Source: Macrostomum lignano
Lineage: Eukaryota
Direction: 5' to 3'
Assembly (NCBI GenBank): GCA_002269645.1
Contig: NIVC01003464.1
Location: 1-64,000 of the forward strand
DNA length: 64,000 nt
The notes beneath the pieces were generated by a model. It saw nothing but the letters and a program-made list of their open reading frames with translations. It ran no database searches and had not been told where the DNA came from. This document shows positions 48,982 through 61,609 of the stretch, one piece after another. The position numbers were made by a program, and so were the translations under genes. The first letter of the stretch is position 1. Each line of letters begins with the position of its first letter.

Positions 48982-50619
48982 TAAAGCGCTATAGCTCGTA
49001 ACATTCGCACGTGCATTTTGAATTCTTGGCTTTGTCCCACCATAAAATTCATGCATGGCGACGCCCCTGCTATATATATACTATACTATACTATATGCTA
49101 TATATATATATTATTGGGTATTGATCGTTTGAGAAAAGTTAATTCGTACCTACGAGTAGTACATGTACATTTATATACTCATGAGTATGTCAATCTGCCA
49201 CAGATACAAATGCGTCAGCATCAACATGTCAAGCAAATTAAAACTGAAGAGGAAATAAGCCACTGCTGTTTACTACACTGATGATATTACTCATCTCATC
49301 CATTAGATCTCATTAAATGAGTAATTGGGCCATTAGAGAATTCTCTAAAAAACGAAAGTAACCTAAATTTACCTCATAATTAAATCGTACCAATACTACT
49401 GGTGAGTATTATTGAGTGCTTGCTGCGAAGTGTTATTGCTCCATCTTTACCACGAACTTTACTGTAGCAACTTAAAGTTCAATTAGTGCTATTATTGGTC
49501 CTAACAGCTCTATAAATTTATATGTTGATTGATCGAGACTCCTCGTTGCCCATGATACTCGCAGGGACTTACTTAAACTTGAAGTAGTCTGGATACTCGT
49601 AGTAGCAGTACATATCAAACACGCATGTCGCAATAATACCAAGCAGTCTGACTTTGGCCGTAGGGTGCACATAGCTGCTAATACGTACAATATCGCGCAA
49701 CGGTGGAAATTGCGCGTTATAAGCTTTCATGGCCCCTGTGGGACTCAAGCAGCTGTAATAAATATTTTATTCGCTTCAACAATTGTGTCCCAGCACGAAT
49801 AAAAATTTTGCATATGTGCTCATGAGAGACTCATAGAGGCACAAAAGACAGCTTGAGTCCTACAGATAATTGGTGTAGATTCGGTAAGTTGAGGCCGACC
49901 GCTACCAGCGCTGTCACGTACTGGAGTTGCGGCAATGATCTCAGACTGACCAAACGCCAAAAACATTCGTTTCAAATCGGTGCACAAACCAATGCAGCAT
50001 AACAAATCGACAAATATTGAAATCTCCGTTTCTTAGAATTTGAACTTGCAATGAAATGAATTGAAATCGGTATATGGTAGGTATTATTGAATTTGAATAG
50101 CATCTTTTCAATGTCACTAGGGTGAATCAATTGCAATATTCAAAGAATTGCTTATTGAAAAATTTTAAGAAAGGGCCGCTTTATTTTCTGGTAGAAAAAG
50201 AAGAAGACCTCTCCCTTTGGCAAAGCAGAAAGAAGCTCGCAGACATGAAGGCAAGCAGTGAGAAACGCCCTGAGGGCAGAGATGCCAGTCCAAGTCCCAA
50301 TTTTCTGCGTTCGCCGAACGAACCACTGACTGAAGCCGCGGCTCCGCAGTCGACCGAATCACGCGATGTCCTTTTTTGAATGAACTTTTTTCGTCTTCTA
50401 CAAGAAAATGGAAGATGGAAAAACAGAACTAGACACGCCTAACTAGAGATGAGGTCAAGTCTGTGGGATAACATATACGTCAATACAGCATTTCTTGGCT
50501 TCGAAGCTTTCAAGATGAACAGCAGTATCTTGTAATCAAAATCTGTCTATGGCTAAAAACTGTTTTGATGGGAACAGAGTGTCAATGAAGGTCGGGACCT
50601 CAGGTCTACCATAGTTAAG

Positions 50620-50930
50620 CTCTTGTCCTGACACCAACCCGTGGCACTCCTGACATCTGCGTGTACTTGAGCTACTCCTGACACCTACTCGGGTCACTCC
50701 TGATACCTACTCGTTCTACTTCTGAAACCTACTCGGGCCACTCCTGACATCTACTTAAGCCACTCCTGACACCTACTTGGACCACTCCTGACATCTACGA
50801 GTACTTGGGCCACTCCTGACACCTACTTAAGCCACTCCTGACACCTACTTGGACCACTCCTGACACCTACTTGGACCACTCCAGACATCTATTTAAGCCA
50901 CTCCTGACACCTACTTGGACCACTCCTGAC
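50620..50930. repeat. Second array of the 22 bp CACTCCTGACACCTAC family
   Basis: Same unit as 46020-46790, more degenerate. Confidence 0.85.
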
Positions 50931-51679
50931 CCACAGTCGGGGAGCTATGAGAATTTTCAGGAAAAAAATAAATCTTCCTCAGACAGCTTTCCCGACGTAT
51001 TTTTTGCTTTGCCGTCGCCAACTGAGCTAAACTTCACCCATCGAACCCGGAGTCGAAGTGAAAAAGTGGGGAGAACCCGGGCTGATTGGGGAGGAGGGGG
51101 AGAAGAAAAGAGTCAGAACGTGATCCCATGACGGCCGAATTAATTTTCTTTCCTTCCCCCATTTACCAAACCACTCGCCGCCATGGCTACCGTCCCGGAG
51201 ACCCCCAGGGGGATGGTGATGCCGGTAGGACGGCACTTTCTTTCGGCGCTTTCCCATAGTAGAGAGAGAGAGAGAGAGAGGGCCTTGACTACCCGCTCTT
51301 AACTTTTCCCTACTCGAATTTTTTACTTCGCGGGTATCTTGCGGAAGAAGCCAAGAAGCGCGTGCGCGTCCGAGTCTCTCTTTCGCGCTAATCAGGTCAA
51401 TCGTCCCTGGGGGATGGCCGTAGTCAACGATATCCCCTGCCTAAGCTTGATCGGATAAGGTCGTTCGCTCAACTCGGATTCAATCGTGTTTAAACGACAG
51501 CGGCCGTGTTTTATTATGGTTTGAAAAATTTGATTTTGTGTAATGTTAATTTCACTAGTGGAAGTCTAACTTTAGCCTGCCGTAAAATTGGATTGCTGGA
51601 AATTCTGACAACTAAATCGGAATTTTCTAGGAAATACGAACAGCACGTTGCTCATAATTTTGACACAGGAATTACAACT

Positions 51680-51930
51680 TTCCAGGAAATTAGCGCCCTA
51701 AAGTCCTGTCCAAGAAAATCCAACTTGCTATGAAATTGGTATCTCAGAGTCCTGGCAAATAAAATCCAACTTTCCAAGAAATTGGTATCTCAGAGTCCTG
51801 GCAGATAAAATCCTACTTTGCAGGAAATTGGTGTCTCAGAGTCCTGACCCAGAAAATCCAACTTTCTAGGAAATTGGTGTCTCAGAGTCCTGACCAAGAA
51901 ACTCTGACACAAAAACTTGAATTTTCCAGG
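51680..51930. repeat. Degenerate ~46 bp tandem repeat (GAAATTGGTATCTCAGAGTCCTG...)
   Basis: About 4-5 copies. Confidence 0.75.
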
Positions 51931-52914
51931 AAATAAGTTGCTCAGTGCTAATTTTGTTATATTCGACTGGTGAGAACTTTCAATTTGGCATCACAGAAAC
52001 ATCAGCTATAAATAAAATACTATAAATTAGTTTGTAACTAAGGCCTGACGATGCTTTTTCGGCAAGAGCGGCTTCTCGATTTGCCGAAAGAATGACCAAA
52101 GCCTTTGGCAGGGGGTTACCAAGACCAGTGAAAAGCTGGATTCGAACAAGGAAAACCACTTTGCCCCTGCAAATCAGTGCACTAGGAGACAAAAGCTAGA
52201 AGTGAAAACATTGCCAAAAAGACGGTTAGCTAAGGTGGCGACGGTCGCTTCACGGAGACCTAAGAAGGCTCGAGAGGGGTTTCGGGTCAAAGAAACGGAA
52301 GCAAAGCAATTTATGCAGCCTCTCTCCATCATCATCAGTAGCAGCAACATCATCATCATCATCAACGCCATCGAGTCTGTCTAGTGAGTGATTGCGTCCT
52401 AGCTGGGAGCGAAGTCAACTGGGATTTGGTGATCAGTCCGCCCATCCCCCTTGTTTAAGTTCCCTCCCTGACCCTCTCTTTCTTCCCCTTCTCCCCTCTC
52501 CCCCAAGTTCCGAGACCTTGCTGCACAGCCGTCCCAGCTGACGCGAGGCGGTGGGGTGCGGCCGCAGCGCAATTAGCGACAAGAATTATCCTTCGCAGAA
52601 CCGACGAGGGTCAAAGGCGCTCCAAGGGACTAAACGGACTTGGTTTAAAAAAACATAAGATAAGAATTTTACCAAAGCAATGTACTAATTCCTGGTTAAT
52701 TAAGGTTTCTTTATCTTTTTTTAAGTCGGAACACCTGAATGTTAACTCAGATGTCTGGTATGGTTATAGCAGCAGAGAGCAGCTCTGCCGTTAGCGCGTC
52801 AGGATGCCCAGGTTCGATTTCGTGCGGGACCAAATTCATTTGGGACCTGTCGTACACAGTAATCGCACAGAGAGTGTACATGCCTAGTCTTTTACTTAGT
52901 CTTCTTAGTCTACT

Positions 52915-53270
52915 GAAGCTAAACTAAACTGAAATAAACTAAACTAAACTAAACTAAACTGAACTGAACTAAACTAAACTAAACCAAACTATACTAAACT
53001 AAACCAAACTATAAAACTAAACTAAACTAAACTAAACTAAACTAAACTAAACTAAACTATACTAAACTAAACTAAACTAAACTATACTAAACTAAACTAA
53101 ACTAAACTAAACTAAACTAAACTATACTAAACTAAACTAAACTAAACTAAACTATACTAAACTAAACTAAACTACTAAACTAAACTAAACTAAACTTAAA
53201 AACTAAACTAAACTTAAACTACTAAACTAAACCTAAACTATACTAAACTAAACTAAACTAAGCTTAGCTT
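52915..53270. repeat. (CTAAA)n microsatellite
   Basis: Direct reading; follows a partial family X segment (52850-52885). Confidence 0.95.
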
Positions 53271-53989
53271 AACCTACATTCAAGTCTAGACAGACGGCCC
53301 GAATTTATTTTCCAACTGCACCTCCCCGCTACTCGAGCTCTCGAACTGCGATGCACAATACAAGGGTTCGAACATAAGACCTCAATCAGCTCCCGTATCG
53401 AAGCTAAAGCGAGGTCAGTTCCAAACCAATCCAACTAACCCGACCTCGGCAACAATTGATCAGCCAACTCCCCCCACCCCCAGCTTACTAATCGAGTTGG
53501 CTATCGATCTGGGCAAGCAGACAGTTCAGCCCCGACAGCTAATGAAGTCCCGGCTGCTGGCTGGCACAGAAAATCCATGTAGCTAACTGTCGTTTGAGGC
53601 GGCCTACTCTCGGTCTCGACTTGAGTCTATTTTAGCCGGAAGTGAGAGGGAGAGAGGCTGTTAGTAAAAGCGGATCAGCTCGGATGCAACAGAGTTCGAT
53701 GCGGTACAGCTAATCCTAGTCCTAGCCCTAACCCTAGTCCTTAAACCTGGGGCCCCATCTGGCATTCGGGATTGCGACACTCTGCTCTTGGGTGCGCGTT
53801 TGCTGCGGTGCTCAGTTGCGAGGATTTTTCCGAAACTAAAGCCAAAGAAAAAAAAGATTTTTTAGGCAGCTAAATGGCAAGCAGTGCAGTTATAACCAAT
53901 GAGAGGAAGCACTTTTAGGGACGGATCAGAGTGACGGTTTGGGGCGGATCAGAGTCCGCTTCTTTGAGACTAATTTGACCGGAAAAACT

Positions 53990-55540
53990 GGTGAGAAGAG
54001 TGACCGGGTGAGAGGAGTGACCGGGTGAGAGGAGTGACCGGGTGAGAGGAGTGACCGGGTGAGAGGAGTGACCGAGTGAGAGGAGTGACCGGGTGAGAGG
54101 AGTGACCGAGTGAGAGGAGTGACCGAGTGAGAGGAGTGACCGGGTGAGAGGAGTGACTGGGTGAGAGGAGTGACCGAGTGAGAGGAGTGACCGGGTGAGA
54201 GGAGTGACCGGGTGAGAGGAGTGACCGGGTGAGAGGAGTGACCGGGTGAGAGGAGTGACCGGGTGAGAGGAGTGACCGAGTGAGAGGAGTGACCGGGTGA
54301 GAGGAGTGACCGGGTGAGAGGAGTAACCGGGTGAGAGGAGTGACCAGGTGAGAGGAGTGACCAGGTGAGAGGAGTGAGCGGGTGAGAAGAGTGACCGAGT
54401 GAGAGGAGTGACCGAGTGAGAGGAGTGACCGGGTGAAAGGAGTGACCGGGTGAAAGAAATCACCGGGTGAGAGGAGTGACCGAGTGAGAGGAGTGACTGG
54501 GTGAGAAGAGTGACCGGGTGATAGGAGTGACCGGGTGAGAGGAGTGGTAACCGGGTGAGAGGAGTGACCGAGTGAGAGGAGTGACCGAGTGAGAGGAGTG
54601 ACCGGGTGAAAGGAGTGACCGGGTGAAAGAAATCACCGGGTGAGAGGAGTGACCGGGTGAAAGGAGTGACCGGGTGAAAGAAATCACCGGGTGAGAGGAG
54701 TGACCGAGTGAGAGGAGTGACTGGGTGAGAAGAGTGACCGGGTGATAGGAGTGACCGGGTGAGAGGAGTGGTAACCGGGTGAGAGGAGTGACCGAGTGAG
54801 AGGAGTGACCGAGTGAGAGGAGTGACCGGGTGAAAGGAGTGACCGGGTGAAAGAAATCACCGGGTGAGAGGAGTGACCGATTGAGAGGAGTGACCGAGTG
54901 AGAGGAGTGACCAGGAGAAAGGAGTGACCGAGTGAGAGGAGTGACCGAGTGATAGGAGTGACCGGGTGAGAGGAGTGACCGAGTGAGAGGAGTGACCGAG
55001 TGAGAGGAGTGACCGAGTGATAGGAGTGACCGAGTGAGAGGAGTGACCGAGTGAAAGGAGTGACCGAGTGAGAGGAGTGACCGAGTGAGAGGAGTGACCG
55101 AGTGAGAGGAGTGACCGAGTGAAAGGAATGACCGGGTGAGAGGAGTGACCGAGTGAGAGGAGTGACCGGGTGAGACGAGTGACCGGGTGAAAGGAGTGAC
55201 CGGGTGAGAGGAGTGACTGGGTGAGAGGAGTGACCGAGTGAGAGGAGTGACCGGGTGAGACGAGTGACCGGGTGAAAGGAGTGACCGGGTGAGAGGAGTG
55301 ACTGGGTGAGTAGAGTGACCGAGTGAGAGGAGTGACCGGGTGAGAGGAGTGACCGGGTGAGAGGAGTGACCGAGTGAGAGGAGTGACCGGGTGAGACGAG
55401 TGACCGGGTGAAAGGAGTGACCGGGTGAGAGGAGTGACTGGGTGAGTAGAGTGACCGAGTGAGAGGAGTGACCGGGTGAGAGGAGTGACCGGGTGAGAGG
55501 AGTGACCGGGTGAGAGGAGTGACCGGGTGAGAGGAGTAAG
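53990..55540. repeat. Minisatellite, 17 bp unit GAGAGGAGTGACCGGGT (~90 copies)
   Basis: Tandem periodicity, with a higher-order ~180-bp block duplicated at about 54460-54630 and 54690-54860. Confidence 0.95.
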
Positions 55541-56160
55541 GATTAAGTACGAGTAAGTGGGAAATATTGCGCGAACAGCAAATAAAGATTTAGTGCAACT
55601 GGAAGCGAATCTGATACGGCAAAGAATGCGAGTCGCAATTATCGCTCATCTTTTTTGTCGATTTTGGCAGCAATTCAAATGAATTCTGTTCTATGATGCG
55701 AAGATTATCTACTTTTTGGGATATTAATGAGCCAAAATTATACATTTATTTAATTGGCAGTTTAGTACAGATTACATGTAAAACCCCCGTGAAACATCCC
55801 TAACTTACTTTTCAAACAAACAAACTCGGAATGGGAGCAATGCTTTTCGATAATTAACCAATAGAGGGATTTACACAGACAAGCTAGAGCTGATAATGAC
55901 AAGTAGAAGGATGGGAAACTACGTCTCTTTGAAAATTTCGGGAAGATTTATCAAACTAATGAGTCGAACTGTGCTCATTTTTTCGATTTTTAAGCGCAGG
56001 ACATTCACGTAGGATGTAAAATTTATCATAGAATCCCAATTTTCTAAACAAAAAGCTCCGTGAATGTCCTTCTACTAACGTAGTTTCCATTCCTTCTACT
56101 TGAGCAGTCCTTGGACTACTGCTGAAGTACAGAAAGGGGGACGCTACTGTAGTCCATGGG

Positions 56161-58147
56161 TCACACTGCCGTGCTGTAGCCCTCGTCGTCTTGAGGATGC
56201 GGCTTGTGCCCGATCCCGGCCGCCGGGCAAGCCACCAAAGGAAGCCGCTGCTGCACCTGCTGCGGCTGCGGCGCCTGCTGCTGCCTTCCATCCGGGATGC
56301 AGTCGTCAACTTTGGAGGCGCGCAAGTAGGTACCCGAGGCTGTCGAAGCCGCGGCGGCTGTACCCGGTGCCGTCGGCGGCCCCTTGGCGATGGTAGCGTA
56401 GAGGTCGCCGTGCAACGGACACGGCCGGGCGGCCGCAGCAGCCGCCGACGCCGAGCCGCCAACTGACGGTGTGGGCCGCGAGCCCGACGGCGTCGGCAGG
56501 GTGGCTGAAGCCGCCGAGGTGCCAGGCGGCTCGTTGCCACCGCAGCCGTGCACCGGACACACCGGAAACAGTTGCCGCGTTGAGTTACCGCCGCCACCGC
56601 CTCCGCCGACTCCGCCGTGAACCGGACACTCGCGATGCAGCTGCAGGGTATATTCAGCCTCCGGATGAGCCGGCGGACGCGGCTGTTTCTTCATCGTCCG
56701 TCGCTCGTTGACGCCAATTTCAATTTGCTCGCCGCCGGCTGAGTAGAATCCGTTCTCTCGAGACTGCAGCAACTGGCTGTAGCCGCGCTGCTGCGGCTGC
56801 TGCTGCTGCTGCTGCTGCTGCTGGTTCGCCTGCAGCTGGTGCTGCTGCAGTTTGCCGTCGCGCTGACGCCGTCTGGACGCCCCTGCCCGGGTGTAGTGAT
56901 AGAAGAACACACCGCCAATCATGAGCGCGCACGTGATGACAACGATGACGCCCACGCTGACCACCGTCACCAGCTTGCGGCTAACCGCCGCCGAACGAGT
57001 CGAGTCAACCGTGACTCGGTGCTCCAGGCTAGCGTTACCGCGACCGTTGGCAACTCTGCACCTGTACAGGCGCGAGTCGCGTGCGGCGGCGCCAACAATG
57101 GTGAGGCTGGCAACGAAGTTCACCTGGCCGGAGCTGCGCCACATGTGGTAGCGCGGCTGCAGCGGCAGCACGGAGTTGGCCGTCTCGGAGCCGTAAAGCC
57201 ACACGACTTGGCCGGGCGGGTCGCTGTAGAAGCTGCAGGACAAGGTGACATTGTCGCCCTCGTTGACCCGATGGACAGTCCTGGTGCTGCTGACCGAGTC
57301 AACGTACACCTCCGGCAGGCACTGGAACTGCGACTCGTGAGTTGTCTCGTCGAACAGGTGCACCCCCGCCATGCCACTGTAGCCGGTGCCCGGTCGGCCG
57401 GCGGCCCGGCGCACTGCGGACTGCCGGTGACGTTCAGACCGGACCGCTCGCGTACTGCTTGCCGCGCCAGCGGACCAGCCAGCGCAGCCGGCAGTCGCAG
57501 ATCCAAGGATTGTTGGACAGGCTGAGCAGTCGCAGCTGAGAGCCGTCCAAGTTGCTGGCCATGAGGCCTGTGTTTGGCAGGGTCTTCAAGTTGCAGTTCT
57601 GTAGGTCTAGCAGTCGCAGCCGGTGGAGGCCGTTGAAGGCGCCCTCGCGAATGATGAGGCGCACAGTGTGCCGGAGACTGAGTTCGAGCAGGCTGCTCCG
57701 TTGGTACTCGAAGAAGCCGCGGCTGAGCACGACTTCTCCGGGACTGCCGCCCATGTGCAGCACCTGCAGGTTGACCAGCGGCCTCAGAAAGTTGTTGTTT
57801 CGAATGTTCAAATAGTTGTTGGAGATGTCCAGCTTCACCAGCTTCTTCAACGGCTTGAAAGCTCCGTCGGAGATCTGCTCGATCTTGTTTCCGTCAAGCA
57901 GCAGGGTGGTGACGTTCACGTAGCCCGTGAAGGAGTTGTCATGCAGATTGCGGATGAGGTTCCGGCTTAGCAGGAAGTCTTCAACGTCTCGCTCGCTCGT
58001 CATCGAGGGCACGTCTTCGAGTTTGTAGCCGCTGCACACCGCCCGCTGTTTGAGCCGGCCATTGTGCTGGACGTTGACTCTTGAGCACGCGTCCGCTGCG
58101 CCGCTGAATAGCAAAATGAGCGACAGCGGTGGCAGCAACAGCAGCAT
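56161..58147 (-). CDS. Kekkon-like LRR-Ig single-pass transmembrane receptor; intronless, two apparent 1-nt deletions (~57450, ~57395)
   Basis: Signal peptide, ~7 LRRs, LRRCT NNPWICDCRLRWL...PQCAGPP...FQCLP, one Ig domain (EGDNVTLSC...VVW...DSRLYRCRVANGRG), TM LVTVVSVGVIVVITCALMIGGVFFY, Gln-rich tail ending DDEGYSTAV*. Confidence 0.82.
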
Positions 58148-58493
58148 TGCTGTTTTGTCGCGTGTCGAGTGCTTATTTTCTGGGAGCAGAGGAAGAGCAG
58201 ATCTGCAACAGGATGAGGCGGGATGGGCGTCGGTTTAGCATAGCCGTCTGAATATAAGCACATTGGCGTATTAATTCCATGCTGGGCTTGGCCAGGATTC
58301 CCCCTTGCGACCAACCCCCCCCCCCCCACCCTGAGCTGCCTGCCTCTCTCCCCCATCTTCCCGCCTTCCTCCCCGACATCCTCCTATCCAGTCTCCTTTG
58401 CGCCCCCCCCACCCTTGGTGTCGGTCGATGAATCGGTGGCGCGAGAAGTGGCCAGCGGCAGACGGATGAGTCGGGGACCCCGCGCTTAGAGCA

Positions 58494-58494
<1 letters not shown>

Positions 58495-58566
<72 letters not shown>

Positions 58567-58568
58567 CT
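58495..58568. repeat. (GT)n microsatellite
   Basis: Direct reading. Confidence 0.97.
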
Positions 58569-58606
58569 GGACCCAGCGGCGTGACCACATGGGCCATACA
58601 GTGGGG

Positions 58607-61242
58607 AATCGACGAGTGTCATAGTCGGGCAGCGGGGAGCGGGGTAAGAAAAAGGGATTGGAGTTGGAGCTCAGAGGAAGAATTGAGATCGCGCGAGCAG
58701 AGCGAAGATGGAGCTTTAGCCGGGTTGGGAAGATAGAGAAGTGGTGGGAGAATGAGAATAAACGGTTTATTGCTAAGCGGTTCCATCCGGCAGATTTTTT
58801 ATTATCGCTGCAACCTACTAAGACATCTGAGTCTCACTTCGCTTCACTTGTCTTGTTTTTTATTTCATTTTCAAATTATTTTTTTCTCACGGAAATATTT
58901 TTCGATACATATAGGCAGTCTATCTCACTTTTACACTTCGGTTTGAGAGAAGTCGTCCAATAATCTATAGATCTAGCTGGATAATCTATAGACCTAGCTG
59001 GATAATCTATAGACCTAGCTGGATAATCTATAGATCTATCTGGATAATCTATAGACCTAGCTGGATAATCTATAGACCTAGCTGGATAATCTATAGACCT
59101 AGCTGATAATCTATAGATTAGCTGGATAATCTATAGATCTAGCTGGATAATCTATATACCAAGCTGGATAATCTATAGATCTATCTGGATAATCTATAGA
59201 CCTAGCTGGATAATCTATAGACCTAGCTGGATAATCTATAGATCTAGCTGGATAATCTATATACCAAGCTGGATAATCTATAGATCTAGCTGAATAATCT
59301 ATAGACCTAGCTGAATAATCTATAGACCTAGCTGGATAATCTATAGATCTTGCTGGATAATCTATAGATCTAGTTGGATAATCTATAGACCTAGCTGGAT
59401 AATCTATAGACCTAGCTGGATAATCTATAGATCTAGCTGGATAATCTATAGATTTAACTGGATAGTCTATAGATGTACCTGGATTATCTATAGACCAAGC
59501 TGGATAATCTATAGATCTAGCTGGTTAATCGTTAGAATACACTCATTCGCAGTGCTATCCTCAGTAAACAGGCATCCTGATAAACTCAGCCGTGTTTCAA
59601 CCCGATGTGTCAGTCAATTCTACTCTGGCAAAAGCAGTTTCACCCGGTTGCTGCTGTTTGTCTGTCAAGCACTTTCTTTCAAACTTTTCGCGCTCTAATG
59701 TCCGGATGAAGAAGAAATTGATAGGTTTGGCATGGTTGAGGCAATAAATCCCTGCTGCCTACGCCTAGCCGTGCGCCATCAATTCCTGTCCATACTCTCC
59801 CCCTCCCCCATCGCTGTCCCCATCAGCTGGCTGAAATCTTGTCGCAGATGTAAAAAACACAGCTAAAATTTGTGTGTATTCTCGCACGCCCACTGATTCA
59901 GTCCAGTCCAGTCTAAAAAAGAGCGAGAGGGGATAGGGGAAAGGAGGATGAAAATCGACGAGTGTCATAGTCGGCAGCGGGGAGCGGGTAAGAAAAAGGG
60001 ATTGGAGTTGGAGCTCAGAGGAAGAATTGAGATCGCGCGAGCAGAGCGAAGATGGAGCTTTAGCCGGGTTGGGAAGATAGAGAAGTGAGTGGGAGAATGA
60101 GAATAAACGGTTTATTGCTAAGCGGTTCCATCCGGCAGATTTTTTATTATCGCTGCAACCTACTAAGACATCTGAGTCTCACTTCGCTTCACTTGTCTTG
60201 TTTTTTATTTCATTTTCAAATTATTTTTTTTCTCACGGAAATATTTTTCGATACATATAGGCAGTCTATCTCACTTTTACACTTCGGTTTGAGAGAAGTC
60301 GTCCAATAATCTATAGATCTAGCTGGATAATCTATAGACCTAGCTGGATAATCTATAGACCTAGCTGGATAATCTATAGATCTATCTGGATAATCTATAG
60401 ACCTAGCTGGATAATCTATAGACCTAGCTGGATAATCTATAGACCTAGCTGGATAATCTATAGATCTAGCTGGATAATCTATATACCAAGCTGGATAATC
60501 TATAGATCTATCTGGATAATCTATAGACCTAGCTGGATAATCTATAGACCTAGCTGGATAATCTATAGATCTAGCTGGATAATCTATATACCAAGCTGGA
60601 TAATCTATAGACCTAGCTGGATAATCTATAGATCTTGCTGGATAATCTATAGATCTAGTTGGATAATCTATAGACCTAGCTGGATAATCTATAGACCTAG
60701 CTGGATAATCTATAGATCTAGCTGGATAATCTATAGATTTAACTGGATAGTCTATAGATGTACCTGGATTATCTATAGACCAAGCTGGATAATCTATAGA
60801 TCTAGCTGGTTAATCGTTAGAATACACTCATTCGCAGTGCTATCCTCAGTAAACAGGCATCCTGATAAACTCAGCCGTGTTTCACACGATGTGTCAGTCA
60901 ATTCTACTCTGGCAAAAGCAGTTTCACCCCGGTTGCTGCTGTTTGTCTGTCAAGCAACTTTCTTTCAAACTTTTTCGCGCTCTAATGTCCGGATGAAGAA
61001 GAAATTGATAGGTTTGGCATGGTTGAGGCAATAAATCCCTGCTGCCTACGCCTAGCCCGTGCGCCATCAATTCCTGTCCATCCCACTCTCCCCCTCCCCA
61101 TCGCTGTCCCCATCAGCTGGCTGAAATCTTGTCGGCAGATGTAAAAAACACAGCTAAAATTTGTGTGTATTCTCACGCCCACTGATTCAGTCCAGTCAGT
61201 CTAAAAAGAGCGAGAGCGGGATAGGGGAAAGGAGGATGAAAA
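58607..61242 (+). repeat. ~1.3 kb head-to-tail duplication (58607-59952 / 59953-61242), each copy containing a 21 bp GATAATCTATAGACCTAGCTG array
   Basis: Both copies start AATCGACGAGTGTCATAGTCGG and end GGGGAAAGGAGGATGAAA; differences are mostly 1-nt indels and array length. Confidence 0.92.
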
Positions 61243-61609
61243 TAAAAGATATTCTCCTCATCTCAGTCAGTGCCCAGCTGCCGGCGTCTTCTCCAGTTTT
61301 TAGTTGAGGCAGGAAAACGCGAATCATCGCCAAATCGAAATTGTTGAAAGGAAATTGGCGGTAATTGGCCAAAGCCACTCCCTGGTGGCATTGCTGACGG
61401 CCCGCATATTCAATGCTCAGAGTCTGTGCTCAGATTGGACTGAACATTCCTTCATTTGTTGGAGAGTTAATTTCGCAAATTCAATGCATTTGGATTGAGC
61501 AGTCTTTTAGCTTTTTAGCTTTTTGCACTGCTTATTGAGGTCTATCAGAGTTGCAAATGAACATTGTGACTGTGTGACAGTTGCTGAGTGAACTGAACAC
61601 TCAACGAAC

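Noticed and set aside
52756-52830. tRNA gene at GGTTCGATTTC
   Set aside because: B-box only, no cloverleaf; treated as a possible family X head.
53710-53745. Telomere-like CCTAGT/CCCTAA stretch
   Set aside because: Only one exact CCCTAA among degenerate units; too short for an interstitial telomeric repeat.
28789-55540. Long ORFs over tandem arrays ([38 protein letters not shown] etc.)
   Set aside because: They are open only because the unit lacks stops, appear in several frames at once, and mostly lie in introns. Only the AYGSMPW array has a signal peptide, processing sites and synonymous variation.
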